DNA of 64,000 nucleotides, taken from an uncultured bacterium. Lineage in GTDB: Bacteria > Hydrothermota > Tepidihabitantia > Tepidihabitantales > Tepidihabitantaceae. Position numbers and translations under genes: made by a program. Below, one piece after another: positions 49,177 through 59,780 of the stretch. Below the pieces are notes generated by a model. That model saw nothing but the letters and a program-made list of their open reading frames with translations, did not search any database and was not told where the DNA came from. Location: assembly GCA_964590395.1 (NCBI GenBank), contig CAZPVT010000005.1:116387-180386 (forward strand), written 5' to 3'. Every line of letters begins with the position of its first letter. The first letter of the stretch is position 1.

Positions 49177-52122
49177 GTGAATAGAGCGCTTAAAATTTCT
49201 TTAGTTATCATTATTCTACTGGCGGTCTTTGCGCCAGTGTTTGCCAAAACCGCCACGCCCGTTTCCCGGGGAAAGCGGATTTATGATATGAAGTGGCTGA
49301 ATATCAACCGCTGGAAATGTCCGTTTTACAACGATGGCAGATACGGGATTGATGTTACGGTTGGCACTGGTCAGGCAGGAGGCAGCTGGCCCCAGCCTTT
49401 GCATAACTGCTATATCTTTGGTGCGGGGATGTGGTTTGGCTCGTTGAAGCCGCGTGAGGATGGTAAGACCGATACTCTGGTCTCTTTCGGATACAACCCG
49501 AATTCCGGTGGCACCGAGATGACGCCGACGACAGTTGCCCGCGCACCAGAAGGTGCGGGAAGTTCGGATGACCGGATTTTTGTTTATCCTAATGACTGGC
49601 CACCAAGCCCCAGGGACCGCTGGACTACCGGAAATTCTAAGATCGACAGCATGCTGATTCCTTATGAGGCTTTCTCTTTACAGGATATGTGGTGTGTCTA
49701 TTCGGATGCGGCACCGGAAAATCATATCGCACCAGGCAAACCGCAGAATATTGATGTTTACCAGGTGATTTACGCCTGGAACTATCCATCGAATCAGGAT
49801 ATCTTCTTTATCATCTATAATGTGCGCAATTCTGGGGACGATACCCTGAAGCGATGCTTTATCGGCGCGGTGAATGATCCGGATATCGGCAATGCCCCAG
49901 ATGATATGGTCGGGTTTATTCTCAAAGACTACATTCCGGGTGCCGATACAGTGGAAAATGTTGGGTATGCGGGTGATGTTGATAATCAGGAAACCCCAGG
50001 AAGCACCTGGGAGTCAGGAACACCGGGCGTTTTCGCATATAAGTTTCTGGACAGTCCGAAACGGGATTCAATCACTGCGAGCGGTGATACAGTGAAGGTG
50101 CCATTGGGGATGACCGCATTTAAAAAGTTCACAATTGACATTGACCCGGTTACTGACCCGGCTCAGTATCTGACGATGGCTGGTTATGATTATCGAACTG
50201 GTGTTTATTCGGCTTATGATTCGGTTGATGTAACTGCTGCGGATAAACGTTTTATTATGTGCTCAGGACCATTTGATCTTGCCCCGGGGCAGGTTGAGCG
50301 GTTGGTAGTAGCAGCAATCGGTGCACCATTTGGTGGGCCAAATCAACCATGGGCAGACCGGCCAAAGGACTCGTTAGTTCATCTGGCGCGGGTCGCCAAT
50401 GCCGCGCAATTTATCTATAACCAGGGATGGCTCCTACCAGGACCACCGGTTGCACCGAATATAATACTTTTGCCAGGAGATAAACAGGTGCGGCTCGTCT
50501 GGGATGACCTGCCGCAAAGGACGCCAGACCGTTACTGGGAAAAGGTAGCGAGTCAGCCTGGTCCAGGATATGACCCGATGTATCGTGGTTATGACTTTCA
50601 GGGGTATGTTATCTATAAATCACGCGACGGTGCCAACTGGAAGATCATCGGTCAGTGTGATCTGGCTGACACTCTGCCCAAGTCAGGAACCGACACCCTC
50701 TGGCCATACAAAGTGGAGATATCCGAGAACAAACGGGATACAACTTACCTCTGGCCACTGGGTAGAGATGAGACCCAGCCGGACAGTCTCTGGGTCAGGA
50801 TGAATAATCGCGGGGTATACTATACACTGCTCGATAAAGATGTGATCAACGGTTTCACCTATTACTACTGTGTGACCGCGTACGACTGGAACTATATCAC
50901 TAAAACGAAGGACAGTCTCGGTAATCCGGTCACCTGGGATACTTTGATTCTGCGTTCGGGTATTGTTGCTAACTTCTTAACAACACCGAGATGGGAGCCG
51001 GTGAATTACATCTGGCCTGAGGTACGGGTTGTGCGGGTGGCGGGTGATTCGTTAAACAGTGCGTTAATCTGTTCCACAACGGTGACGGTACCTTTTAATG
51101 TTACGGGTGATGTTTATGAGATCAGGTTTTTAGGACCCGAGTGGAGTGGTTCTTTTGAAAAACCGATCTACTCCTACTATGCGGTGAACACCACTAAAAA
51201 TGAGTCACTGGTGATTGATACTACCTCCTTTACCTACGAGATCGCATCACCGGCAAAGAAGTTGAGTTTTGATCTACCGATAATTAACGGCATCGCGACC
51301 AAGATGGTGCTGGGTATGAAGATTCCGGATGTACCGTTTACCGCGGTAAGCGTGGAACAGGGTAATTATCCGGCTGATTCCTTAAAGATTGGCGTGGCAC
51401 CGCGTCAGGCTTACTGGGCATTCCGGGGTTCGGATTACCGGATTGAGTGGCAGAACCGGAATGGCTATCTCACGGCCAGGGTTTACGATGTTACTAACGG
51501 CGGAATTGAAGTGCCATTCTCCAAGTTTACCAGTGCAGGAACTGGGCCACAGAATGCGAATGGCTGGTGCTTTGTGGACAGAGGTTTGCGCTCGCCCACC
51601 GATACCTTAAAAGGCACAATCGCTCACATTTACATCTGCGGCGGTTATTTAGGTTTCAAACAGTCCGGGGACAGTTTGCAGAGCTTAATCAACTCAATTC
51701 AGGACGGCAATGTCTGGTTGCTCACCGGTTACCGGTCAGGTGGTGCGGCACCATCCTATAATATCCTGAGACTGGTGCCGACCGTGGGATATGCGGATAC
51801 CAGTACCAAGCAGAAGTTGCAGGTTAAGGTGGTGCCTAATCCTTACATCGTGTTTAACCCGTGGGAAAAGACAACTGAGGAGCGGAAGGTCAAGTTCACC
51901 CATCTGCCGAATCGTTGCAAGATCCGGATCTTCACTACTTCTGGAGACCTGGTTAAGGTAATTGAGCATAACGATTCCAAGCGACAGCCAATGGATCTGG
52001 GTGGCACTGCGGACTGGGATCTGGTTAACGATTATCAACAGTTGATCGCGTCCGGAGTTTATATCTTCCATGTGGAATCACCGGTTGGTGAGTTCACTGG
52101 GAAGTTGATGGTCATCCATTAA
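49177..52122 (+). CDS. Large secreted protein with a T9SS C-terminal sorting domain (cargo of unknown function)
   Basis: GTG start with a GGGGGAGG RBS. Signal peptide. The C-terminal ~90 aa (VVPNPYIVFNP...KIRIFTTSGDLV...ASGVYIFHV..GKLMVIH) match the Por-secretion CTD pattern. Confidence 0.6.
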   Translation: MNRALKISLVIIILLAVFAPVFAKTATPVSRGKRIYDMKWLNINRWKCPFYNDGRYGIDVTVGTGQAGGSWPQPLHNCYIFGAGMWFGSLKPREDGKTDTLVSFGYNPNSGGTEMTPTTVARAPEGAGSSDDRIFVYPNDWPPSPRDRWTTGNSKIDSMLIPYEAFSLQDMWCVYSDAAPENHIAPGKPQNIDVYQVIYAWNYPSNQDIFFIIYNVRNSGDDTLKRCFIGAVNDPDIGNAPDDMVGFILKDYIPGADTVENVGYAGDVDNQETPGSTWESGTPGVFAYKFLDSPKRDSITASGDTVKVPLGMTAFKKFTIDIDPVTDPAQYLTMAGYDYRTGVYSAYDSVDVTAADKRFIMCSGPFDLAPGQVERLVVAAIGAPFGGPNQPWADRPKDSLVHLARVANAAQFIYNQGWLLPGPPVAPNIILLPGDKQVRLVWDDLPQRTPDRYWEKVASQPGPGYDPMYRGYDFQGYVIYKSRDGANWKIIGQCDLADTLPKSGTDTLWPYKVEISENKRDTTYLWPLGRDETQPDSLWVRMNNRGVYYTLLDKDVINGFTYYYCVTAYDWNYITKTKDSLGNPVTWDTLILRSGIVANFLTTPRWEPVNYIWPEVRVVRVAGDSLNSALICSTTVTVPFNVTGDVYEIRFLGPEWSGSFEKPIYSYYAVNTTKNESLVIDTTSFTYEIASPAKKLSFDLPIINGIATKMVLGMKIPDVPFTAVSVEQGNYPADSLKIGVAPRQAYWAFRGSDYRIEWQNRNGYLTARVYDVTNGGIEVPFSKFTSAGTGPQNANGWCFVDRGLRSPTDTLKGTIAHIYICGGYLGFKQSGDSLQSLINSIQDGNVWLLTGYRSGGAAPSYNILRLVPTVGYADTSTKQKLQVKVVPNPYIVFNPWEKTTEERKVKFTHLPNRCKIRIFTTSGDLVKVIEHNDSKRQPMDLGGTADWDLVNDYQQLIASGVYIFHVESPVGEFTGKLMVIH

Positions 52123-52133
52123 AGGAGGCAAGA

Positions 52134-53171
52134 ATGAAAATAGCGTTGAAAATCTTATTGCTCGGTTTGGTGGTTTGTTCCTTTTCCTATGGTGCGTTCA
52201 GCAAGGTGGCGACAACCGGGGCGAATTTTCTGAAAATCGGCGTGGGCAGGGCGTCAGGAATGGGCGATGCGTTTACCGCGCTGGCTGATGATGCCTCGGC
52301 TGCCTATTTTAACCCGGCAGGTCTGGCGAATGTCAATCGGCAGGCACAGGTCAATCATGCGAAATGGTTTGCGGATATCAACCACGACTTCATGGTGGTT
52401 GTGTTACCGGTAACCAATTTCGGCACGGTCGCATTTACTGCTACTGCGCTGACGATGGGTGACATTGAGGTAACAACGGTTGATGACCCGAAGACGCCGG
52501 CGCGCGAGGATGAGGGAACCGGGCTGAAGATCGGTGCTAATGATCTGGCATTCGGTATCAGTTACGCCCGGATTATCACGGACAAGTTGTCATTCGGGCT
52601 TTCGGTCAAGGCGGTTCAACAGACCATCTGGGATATGGGGGCTTCTGCAGTGGGTTTTGATATGGGGCTTTTCTACAACACCGGGTTCAAGTCGCTAAGG
52701 CTGGGCGCTGCTGTCACCAACTACGGAACTCAACTGGCTTTTTCCGGGCCGCATCTGGATTACAACTTTAACTGGTCCGATTCCGGACCGAAGCAACTGC
52801 AGGGCTCTTACAAAACCACACCCTCACCACTACCGACCGCATTCCGTTTCGGGGTGGCGATGGATTTGGTGAACACCGGCGCCAATCGGCTTACCACCGC
52901 AGTTGACATTGTGCATCCTTCAGACATCAATGAGACGGTCAATATCGGCCTGGAATACGGTTTAGCCAATATGTTCTTTTTGCGCGGGGGCTATATCCTG
53001 AATGTTGACCAGAACTACCACCAGAAACTCGGCGATCTCACCGGACTCTGTGCCGGACTGGGCATAAAAGGCAAACCGACTCCTGTGCTGGAGATAGGGC
53101 TTGATTATGCGTTCCGGTATTATCAATACTTGAAACCCACACACCGGTTGATGTTGACCGTTGGCTTTTAA
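52134..53171 (+). CDS. PorV/PorQ-family (FadL-like) outer-membrane beta-barrel protein
   Basis: Signal peptide, then GANFLKIGVGRASGMGDAFTALADDASAAYFNPAGLA, the hallmark N-terminal motif of PorV/FadL-like barrels. Ends in aromatic GF. Flanked by two CTD-bearing genes. Confidence 0.55.
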   Translation: MKIALKILLLGLVVCSFSYGAFSKVATTGANFLKIGVGRASGMGDAFTALADDASAAYFNPAGLANVNRQAQVNHAKWFADINHDFMVVVLPVTNFGTVAFTATALTMGDIEVTTVDDPKTPAREDEGTGLKIGANDLAFGISYARIITDKLSFGLSVKAVQQTIWDMGASAVGFDMGLFYNTGFKSLRLGAAVTNYGTQLAFSGPHLDYNFNWSDSGPKQLQGSYKTTPSPLPTAFRFGVAMDLVNTGANRLTTAVDIVHPSDINETVNIGLEYGLANMFFLRGGYILNVDQNYHQKLGDLTGLCAGLGIKGKPTPVLEIGLDYAFRYYQYLKPTHRLMLTVGF

Positions 53172-55335
53172 GGACAAGGGGTTCGCTCTTAGAGCGGTTA
53201 AACTGACAGGGGGATGGTTAACCATCCCCCTGTTGCTATTATCTGCCAGGGCTATAGGTGCTAAATGGACTGTGGGTATTTACATCGGCGCGGATAACGG
53301 AATGAGCGAACAGGCTTATGTTGACATTGCGGAGATGATGAAAGTTGGCTCAAGTAGCGAGGTCAATATCGTGGTGCAGGTTGATAATGCCAGCCGGGAC
53401 ACCAATCCGAACTGCCGGCGTTATTTAATCCTTAAAGATCAGCGGGAACTGCTTGCAGACCTTGGTGAACTGGATATGGCAGACACCGCGGTGCTTGCGG
53501 ATTTCATTGCGTTTCTGGGTAGAAATTTTCCTGCCCGTAACTACTTTCTTATCATCTGGGACCACGGCAACGGCTGGCGTGCAGGTTATGGTCCACAGCG
53601 GGCGGTGGTGATTGATGAGTCCCATAGTCATATGATGGGGGTGGCAGGTGGCGAGTTAAACCGGGCACTGGCAAACGGAGTTAAACGGCTGGGCAAGAAA
53701 CTGAAGATTTTAGGTTTTGATGCCTGTTTGATGGGGTGCATTGAGGTGGCAACTGAGGTGATGGACTACTGTGAATACCTCCTTGCCTCGGAGGCGATGG
53801 TGGAGTGGAATGGGTTACCCTATGATGCCATATTCAGAAGGTTAACCACCCAGCCTGACATACCGGTTGAACAGTTACTTTCCGGTATCTGTGAGGACTA
53901 TGTTAACGCATATCCGGACCGGGCGGTCTGTCTTTCGGCGATCAGCACCGCACAACTGAAACAGGTGATAAAAACCCTCTCTGTTGTGCTTAAAGACAGT
54001 ATTGGTTCAGATGATAGACGTGTTCAAACTGCCCGTCTTGGTGTGCAGACATTTCCGCAGGATCTGGTTAGCCAGCCCAAAGTCAACGATGAGATGATCG
54101 ATCTTATTCATTTCTGGCAGCTGGTAGGGGGTAATGGCACCGAGAAACTCTGTCAGGCTCTTGAAGGGTTGGTTGTGGCAAATGCGGTGGGGGGGGCGGA
54201 TTTTAACAATGCGCAGGGTCTTGCGGTCTGGTTTCCTTTTCGGTACCTTGGTTTCAAATCCAAGGCAAAGGAGTATCAGCAACTGGTTTTCTCAGACAGT
54301 GTGCCCTGGCTTAGTTTCTTAAACAACTATTTCGGTTTAGACGATGCCAAACCTGAAACACCCCGGATTATCAAACACCAGACCGGAAACCGGGGAGATG
54401 TCCGGCTCTGGTGGCACCGGGTTAAGGACTGGTCACCGGTTACCTACCATCTTTATCAGGCGACCGCGCCCGCATCGATTTTACAGGACCACTGCGACAG
54501 TTTTGCCTCTTGGCAGTCACAGGGCTGGGCCGTTTCAACCCGGTATAGCCGTTCACCCGGGAGTTCGTTTTTCTCGGGTTCAGCGAGCAACTTAACTCAC
54601 CTCCTGACACTAAAATCCGGAGTATCACTGCCTGCAGGTGGTTTGCTTGCCTTTTATGCCTATTACTCAACCCAGGAGACCGAAGACTCCTTGGGTAACA
54701 TTACCCGTGATGCCTGCTATATTGAAACCTCAACTGATCGCCAAAACTGGCAGATACTGGACTCAATTTACGGTTCTGGTGAATCCTGGCAGGAGTTTTC
54801 CTATCTTCTGGTTCCAGCCGAGAATGTTTATATCCGGTTCAGATACACCACCGACCAGACCATAAACCGGCTCGGTGTTTTTATTGACGACATCCGGATT
54901 GAACGGTTTTTGACCCTGCGCAAGGCGCTGGTTACCACCGACACCACATCCTACCTCTTCAACCTTGCCCGGGAGACCACCGGTTATTACTTTTTCCTTA
55001 TGGCGCAGGATGCATCTGGCAACTACTCCAATCTCAGCTCCTATTACCCGGTAAAGATCAAAACCCTTGCCGAACCCTACACCCGACCCGCGCCATTTTC
55101 CGGGCAATGTCAACTTATCCTGGACTTTCCGGCAGGTGAAACTCCGGATGTCTACATCTACACATTGAGCGGCGCCCTGGTCAAAAAATTCTCAAAGGTC
55201 ACTAACCGGATGATTGACTGGGACGGCAAAAACGAATATGGTAGAGACCTGGCTGATGGGGTCTATTTAGTTTTAGTCCGGGGTAAAAACTTCAAAAAAA
55301 TCGGCAAAATCGCCCGGGTGGGGGTAAAAGGATAA
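53161..55335 (+). CDS. Clostripain-family (C11) cysteine peptidase with a T9SS C-terminal sorting domain
   Basis: IYIGADNG..., IIWDHGNGW (His) and GFDACLMG (Cys) catalytic-dyad motifs. C-terminal CTD (DVYIYTLSGALV...DGVYLVLV...KIGKIARV). Confidence 0.7.
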   Translation: MAFKDKGFALRAVKLTGGWLTIPLLLLSARAIGAKWTVGIYIGADNGMSEQAYVDIAEMMKVGSSSEVNIVVQVDNASRDTNPNCRRYLILKDQRELLADLGELDMADTAVLADFIAFLGRNFPARNYFLIIWDHGNGWRAGYGPQRAVVIDESHSHMMGVAGGELNRALANGVKRLGKKLKILGFDACLMGCIEVATEVMDYCEYLLASEAMVEWNGLPYDAIFRRLTTQPDIPVEQLLSGICEDYVNAYPDRAVCLSAISTAQLKQVIKTLSVVLKDSIGSDDRRVQTARLGVQTFPQDLVSQPKVNDEMIDLIHFWQLVGGNGTEKLCQALEGLVVANAVGGADFNNAQGLAVWFPFRYLGFKSKAKEYQQLVFSDSVPWLSFLNNYFGLDDAKPETPRIIKHQTGNRGDVRLWWHRVKDWSPVTYHLYQATAPASILQDHCDSFASWQSQGWAVSTRYSRSPGSSFFSGSASNLTHLLTLKSGVSLPAGGLLAFYAYYSTQETEDSLGNITRDACYIETSTDRQNWQILDSIYGSGESWQEFSYLLVPAENVYIRFRYTTDQTINRLGVFIDDIRIERFLTLRKALVTTDTTSYLFNLARETTGYYFFLMAQDASGNYSNLSSYYPVKIKTLAEPYTRPAPFSGQCQLILDFPAGETPDVYIYTLSGALVKKFSKVTNRMIDWDGKNEYGRDLADGVYLVLVRGKNFKKIGKIARVGVKG

Positions 55336-55406
55336 AGGCCTCTAATTCCTCGGGAAGTCTGCTGAATAATCACAATCAACTACTTAGTTGTGTAACTAAT
55401 ATATAA

Positions 55407-56672
55407 CTATGCTTCTGCCGCACATAAAAATTGAATTACATCGGCTAGATATTCAACTTTATTTTTCCCGGGCGGTAATAACCTGTTTTCAAATATATAA
55501 ATATATTTGTCAAGCAAGTAATTTACAATTGTAGTGAGTTCAACTTCTCCGCACTCCGAATTTATTACGGAATCGTACATTAGTCTTAAACTTTTATCTT
55601 CTTTCAATAAGCCTAAAAAACTTATGGTGAAATTCTTTTTATATTTAAGTAACATACTCCTTTCGTCAATAGTTATTAGTTGAGATAACCAAATATCATC
55701 GTATTTCAATAAAAGCAAATCGGATACTGAAAAACTTTTCCTAAAAAGCTTTAATGTAATATCGTTACCGTATAACGCTCCTACTCTTACTATTAATTTA
55801 GAATAAGACAAACCGATCTCCATTTGTAAGTTCTCGGTGTCTTTACTAATTATTTTCATTGTTGGACTTTGTTCTATTATATTTTGTAGGTATTCAAAGC
55901 CTTCCCGGCTTGAAGAGTAAAATCCGTTGGTTTTATCGCCTTGAATTGTCGCGGGATTGTCACCTGTATCAAACAAAACACCGATATATATTTCAAAGTT
56001 TTTAATTCCAAACTTCTCAAGTAATTCTGTTAGAGAAAATTCCTCATGGTTTCTTCTGAATAATTTTATATTGGAGTTAAAATACTCTACGAAAATTCCA
56101 AATTTTTCCGATGTCCAGATTTCTCGTCTGCCAGCAGCCCCGCCGGTATCTACTCTATTTTTAAGTTCAACTAATACAATCGTTTTTTCGTCTTGTATAA
56201 TACTTCCTACATCAGTGGTTACATCCTTGTTACCTAACCAATCCCATTCAATCGTCCTTAAGATTTTCTTTTCTGTGGAGGACAACCCTTGCTGAGTAAA
56301 AATACCCTTCTTCTTGTGGATAGATGGGTATGTTAACCAAAATGGAAGTTTGCTAAGTTCTATATCCAGAGAACAATTTTCAAAGGAGGAGGCTATTTTC
56401 TTTTCAATATACCTTCCACGACCACCCTGACTGTGATGATAATAAGATGTAACACCTAGTAAAGCTTCGTAATATTCTTTGATTTCAGGTGGAGCACTTA
56501 ATAGTCCATCGTAAACTTTGGCTACCGGATCAAAATCCTTTGCATTAATATTCATACAAAGCTCTTTGAAATTTATTAATATGTTTTTATAAGGTTCATA
56601 AAGTAATATTTGTCCAAGATCTAATTTCCCTTTTTCTTTTATACACAGAAGGTTTTTCTTTTTAATAATCAC
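55407..56672 (-). CDS. Hypothetical protein (candidate restriction endonuclease partner of the upstream methyltransferase)
   Basis: 421-aa ORF in ~33% GC DNA. Its start lies 1 nt after the MTase stop. Possible PD-(D/E)xK-like IIQDEK..LVELK segment (weak). Confidence 0.4.
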   Translation of the reverse strand: MIIKKKNLLCIKEKGKLDLGQILLYEPYKNILINFKELCMNINAKDFDPVAKVYDGLLSAPPEIKEYYEALLGVTSYYHHSQGGRGRYIEKKIASSFENCSLDIELSKLPFWLTYPSIHKKKGIFTQQGLSSTEKKILRTIEWDWLGNKDVTTDVGSIIQDEKTIVLVELKNRVDTGGAAGRREIWTSEKFGIFVEYFNSNIKLFRRNHEEFSLTELLEKFGIKNFEIYIGVLFDTGDNPATIQGDKTNGFYSSSREGFEYLQNIIEQSPTMKIISKDTENLQMEIGLSYSKLIVRVGALYGNDITLKLFRKSFSVSDLLLLKYDDIWLSQLITIDERSMLLKYKKNFTISFLGLLKEDKSLRLMYDSVINSECGEVELTTIVNYLLDKYIYIFENRLLPPGKNKVEYLADVIQFLCAAEA

Positions 56673-56673
56673 A

Positions 56674-58005
56674 TTATTTCACTTTCTCGCAAATTATTAT
56701 ACTTTCTCCTCTGATTGCTCTATTCCGAGCACCTAATAGGGGATTAAATATCAATCTTTCAAATTTAAATCCCACTTCTTCACAAAACCTTTTAGTTGTC
56801 AAGGTAGTGGGAATTTTTTTCCCATTTACGGTACTGTCTCCAATTATAATAGCCAGCTTGCCGCCAGGCTTTAATGCCCAGAAGATATTTTTTATTAATT
56901 CTTTCAAGTCTTCATAATACATCGCTACTTTTGGAGGCAGTCCTTTATAAGATATTTCTGATTTCCCATTTTTCATACCCAGATATCTTGACTCGATTTT
57001 TTTCATATCTATGCCCAAATAGTCATAAGCAATTTTGTCTTTCCCAACATAATCTATAGAAAAATAGTAAGGCGGACTTGTAATGCAGGCGTCAAATTTC
57101 CCATCGAACTCCCTCATTTTCTTGAGTTCAAGGACATCGCCTTCAATGATTTTGGCAGGTTTAAAGTTAAGGCGATATTTTTCTTTTATTTCTATCGTTT
57201 TTTTTGAACATTGTTTTATATAGTTTAATTTTTCAATAAAGAGCCCCAATTTTCCTTTTCTATTATACCTTGAAGTTCTCATAAAGGCATCGACTGTATC
57301 AAAATATACTGCGAGCATTAATTTTTGAATTAATGGATCGGGGCATCCCCAGTTTTTATTTTCTATGGCTTGTAAGATATCTTGGAGTTCTTGTTGAGTA
57401 AAATTCAACTTTTGTTCATCGATAAAAAGCAAATCGTTTTTTAATTCTGATAGAACAATTCCCATCGGGGTAACATCTATGCCAGTACTTTTGATTCCCA
57501 TAAGGGAGGCTTCGTGTGTAGTCGTTCCTGAGCCGTTAAAGGGGTCTAAAAGGAGAGAATCGCTGTTTAATTTAAAGGTATTAATTAAAGTCCTAACTAC
57601 TCGTGGATAGAATTTGCCTTTATATGGATATAGATTATGAAACGCATAGGCATTCGTGTCACCAAATTTATCAACAAAATCTGTGTAAAGAGTTTTTTCC
57701 CCTTTTACTATTTCTAGGTGCGCTACTCTTAACCTTATAAATTCTTCATCGCCCTTAAATCTAACCGTTCGGTTTATTGGGTCAATTTTATATTCTTCAG
57801 TTAACCCACGCAGTTCTAAATCCAAAAGTTCCAGATCTGCAAGGGTTTGCATCCAGAAGCCAAATATTGTGTCACCTTTTTGGGCGACATAGTTTGCAAA
57901 TTCTTGGGAGTAAGCCTCGATTATCTCTTGATAAGACGGAAATTCGTAGGTACCAAACATCGTCATTTGTTTTCCCTGTTTTAATGCTCGAACGTCTTTA
58001 CTCAT
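56674..58005 (-). CDS. DNA amino-methyltransferase (N6-adenine or N4-cytosine), type II R-M-like
   Basis: Motif I LLDPFNGSGTT, then, after a TRD-sized gap, motif IV ITSPPYY. AT-rich. Confidence 0.75.
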   Translation of the reverse strand: MSKDVRALKQGKQMTMFGTYEFPSYQEIIEAYSQEFANYVAQKGDTIFGFWMQTLADLELLDLELRGLTEEYKIDPINRTVRFKGDEEFIRLRVAHLEIVKGEKTLYTDFVDKFGDTNAYAFHNLYPYKGKFYPRVVRTLINTFKLNSDSLLLDPFNGSGTTTHEASLMGIKSTGIDVTPMGIVLSELKNDLLFIDEQKLNFTQQELQDILQAIENKNWGCPDPLIQKLMLAVYFDTVDAFMRTSRYNRKGKLGLFIEKLNYIKQCSKKTIEIKEKYRLNFKPAKIIEGDVLELKKMREFDGKFDACITSPPYYFSIDYVGKDKIAYDYLGIDMKKIESRYLGMKNGKSEISYKGLPPKVAMYYEDLKELIKNIFWALKPGGKLAIIIGDSTVNGKKIPTTLTTKRFCEEVGFKFERLIFNPLLGARNRAIRGESIIICEKVK

Positions 58006-58094
58006 TTATAAACTTTCCCCGATTGAGCATATATAGATTAATTTGAGATAAACAGTTGATTCGACGAGAGAGTAAGATCAATAACATTATCTAA

Positions 58095-58215
58095 AATTTA
58101 TAGTTGCACCCCTCCAAGTCAACTTTTTACCGGCGAGTGTTGCGGTTCCGGCACTGCCAGGCGCCGGTATCGGGGATAGGTTTTTTGAAACAGACCAGAG
58201 GGCAATTTGGGCATA
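58095..58215. repeat. Copy 2 of a triplicated palindrome + promoter-like element
   Basis: CCTCCAAGTCAA...CCGGCActgccaggcGCCGG-TATCGGGGATAGGTTTTTTGAAA. Shares the 5' part and core with 62995-63125. ~90 nt upstream of the MTase start. Confidence 0.6.
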
Positions 58216-58734
58216 TGAACTGGCAATGATATTTTCCACATCATTAGTCCCGCTTAGTCCTTTTTTCTCTCTGCTCTTTTATACCATTAATTATCCAGAT
58301 GGTTAGAGCGATAATTATGCAAATAATTACGAAAGCCACAACCAGATAGTAAACTGTAAGTGTTATTAATGGCAGTGTCGCTTAAACTAATATTGCCACC
58401 GGCAGAAGAATAAGTATCGCTAATACTTTAGCAACCAAACGAACTTGATGCTTGTTTCGAAACTTCCATAGTCCAATGGCAGTAAAAATACTAATGATAG
58501 CAATACTTAATAGGCTAATTAACATCCAGGCCTTTATACCTTCGCCATATATAAGCGAGATAAACAGGAGATATAGTGGTATTATTGTCTCCAGTATTAA
58601 AAGCCTAATTATATTACGAATTGATGCCAGCTCTTTCTTAATATTATATACCGCCTTTTATGCTATTTCCGATAACGTCTTGCGGATAAAAGAATTTGCC
58701 GAAGGTAATGTTGGGCGAAGCCTCTTATCCGCTG

Positions 58735-59664
58735 TTAGGCGGAGGAGCACTCTCTTTCCCAGCTTTCCTGTATCGGGCGATAAATTTCTTCTATTCTTTC
58801 CTTCGTTAGCAAATTTTCTTTTATTATAACCTCATATACATGAACCTGAAAATCGCTCCACCTAATCGGATGAGCAATTTGGCGTCTTGGTGTAAGCTCT
58901 TTTAACTCATAGTCTTTTAGTTCCAACCCTTTGGATAAAAATGCTTTTAAGTCCTCTGTGTCAAAATGAATTTCGTTATCAGCAATTAAATACCTTGTAT
59001 TTAGAACCGAAAAGTAGGGATAAATATTTGTAACACTTTTCCTATTTCCACCCTTGCCACATCCTTCTCGCACTTTCACCATATAAGCGACATTTATTCC
59101 GTGTCTAAGAAGAACCTCTTGAAAGAAGTTTATATTTTCAAATAGAAAATAAATCACAGGTTTTTCAATCTTTCCCAACTTGTTTGAGGTTATCTCAATG
59201 TCTAATAAATAAATTTCCGGAGTTTTTGGAGCCTCTTCTTTATCAACAACAGATTCCTCATTAACTTCATATTTTACTAAAGAAGCGTCGATACATAAAG
59301 GATAAATCTTTTTCGCTACTACATTTGTTTTGCCGTCGTTAAACACTTCGCCTTTCTTCAGTTTTACCATTTTTTTATTATAATCTGTATGTATAAAAAG
59401 ATCCGGGGCAGGAATTCCATAGTCTGTTACAATATTGATATTACCCCTGATACCCCTGATATTATTTTCATCTATCTCGGACAATTCCAAAATGTCGCGA
59501 TAGTCATTACCAGCACTTGGATACCATAAGATTTCTGGATTATCGCCGACTGTGCTAAATAAATCGTTGAGTCGTTTTTGTGACGCTTGATTTCTCGCTT
59601 TTAATAGTTGTTTAATAGATCTTACTTCCTTATAGCCTTTCTTCGGATCTTTTCTTGTTGACAT
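58735..59664 (-). CDS. Hypothetical protein (309 aa), AT-rich, flanked by copies of the repeated element
   Basis: Long ORF in low-GC DNA. No recognisable motifs. Confidence 0.4.
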   Translation of the reverse strand: MSTRKDPKKGYKEVRSIKQLLKARNQASQKRLNDLFSTVGDNPEILWYPSAGNDYRDILELSEIDENNIRGIRGNINIVTDYGIPAPDLFIHTDYNKKMVKLKKGEVFNDGKTNVVAKKIYPLCIDASLVKYEVNEESVVDKEEAPKTPEIYLLDIEITSNKLGKIEKPVIYFLFENINFFQEVLLRHGINVAYMVKVREGCGKGGNRKSVTNIYPYFSVLNTRYLIADNEIHFDTEDLKAFLSKGLELKDYELKELTPRRQIAHPIRWSDFQVHVYEVIIKENLLTKERIEEIYRPIQESWERECSSA

Positions 59665-59780
59665 ATTACCTCCTTGTTTTAGAGCGATTTTTTATCTTTT
59701 GTGTGCGGTCAAGGTCCAATAAGGACATCGATAAAATTCATAACAATAACAATAAATCTGTCGAGGTCAAGTTTTTTCTT

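Noticed and set aside
58383-58525. 47-aa two-TM micro-ORF (minus strand) in the AT-rich island
   Set aside because: It is not rejected outright, but hydrophobic residues are expected by chance from T-rich codons and there is no strong RBS. It is too weak to call as a feature.
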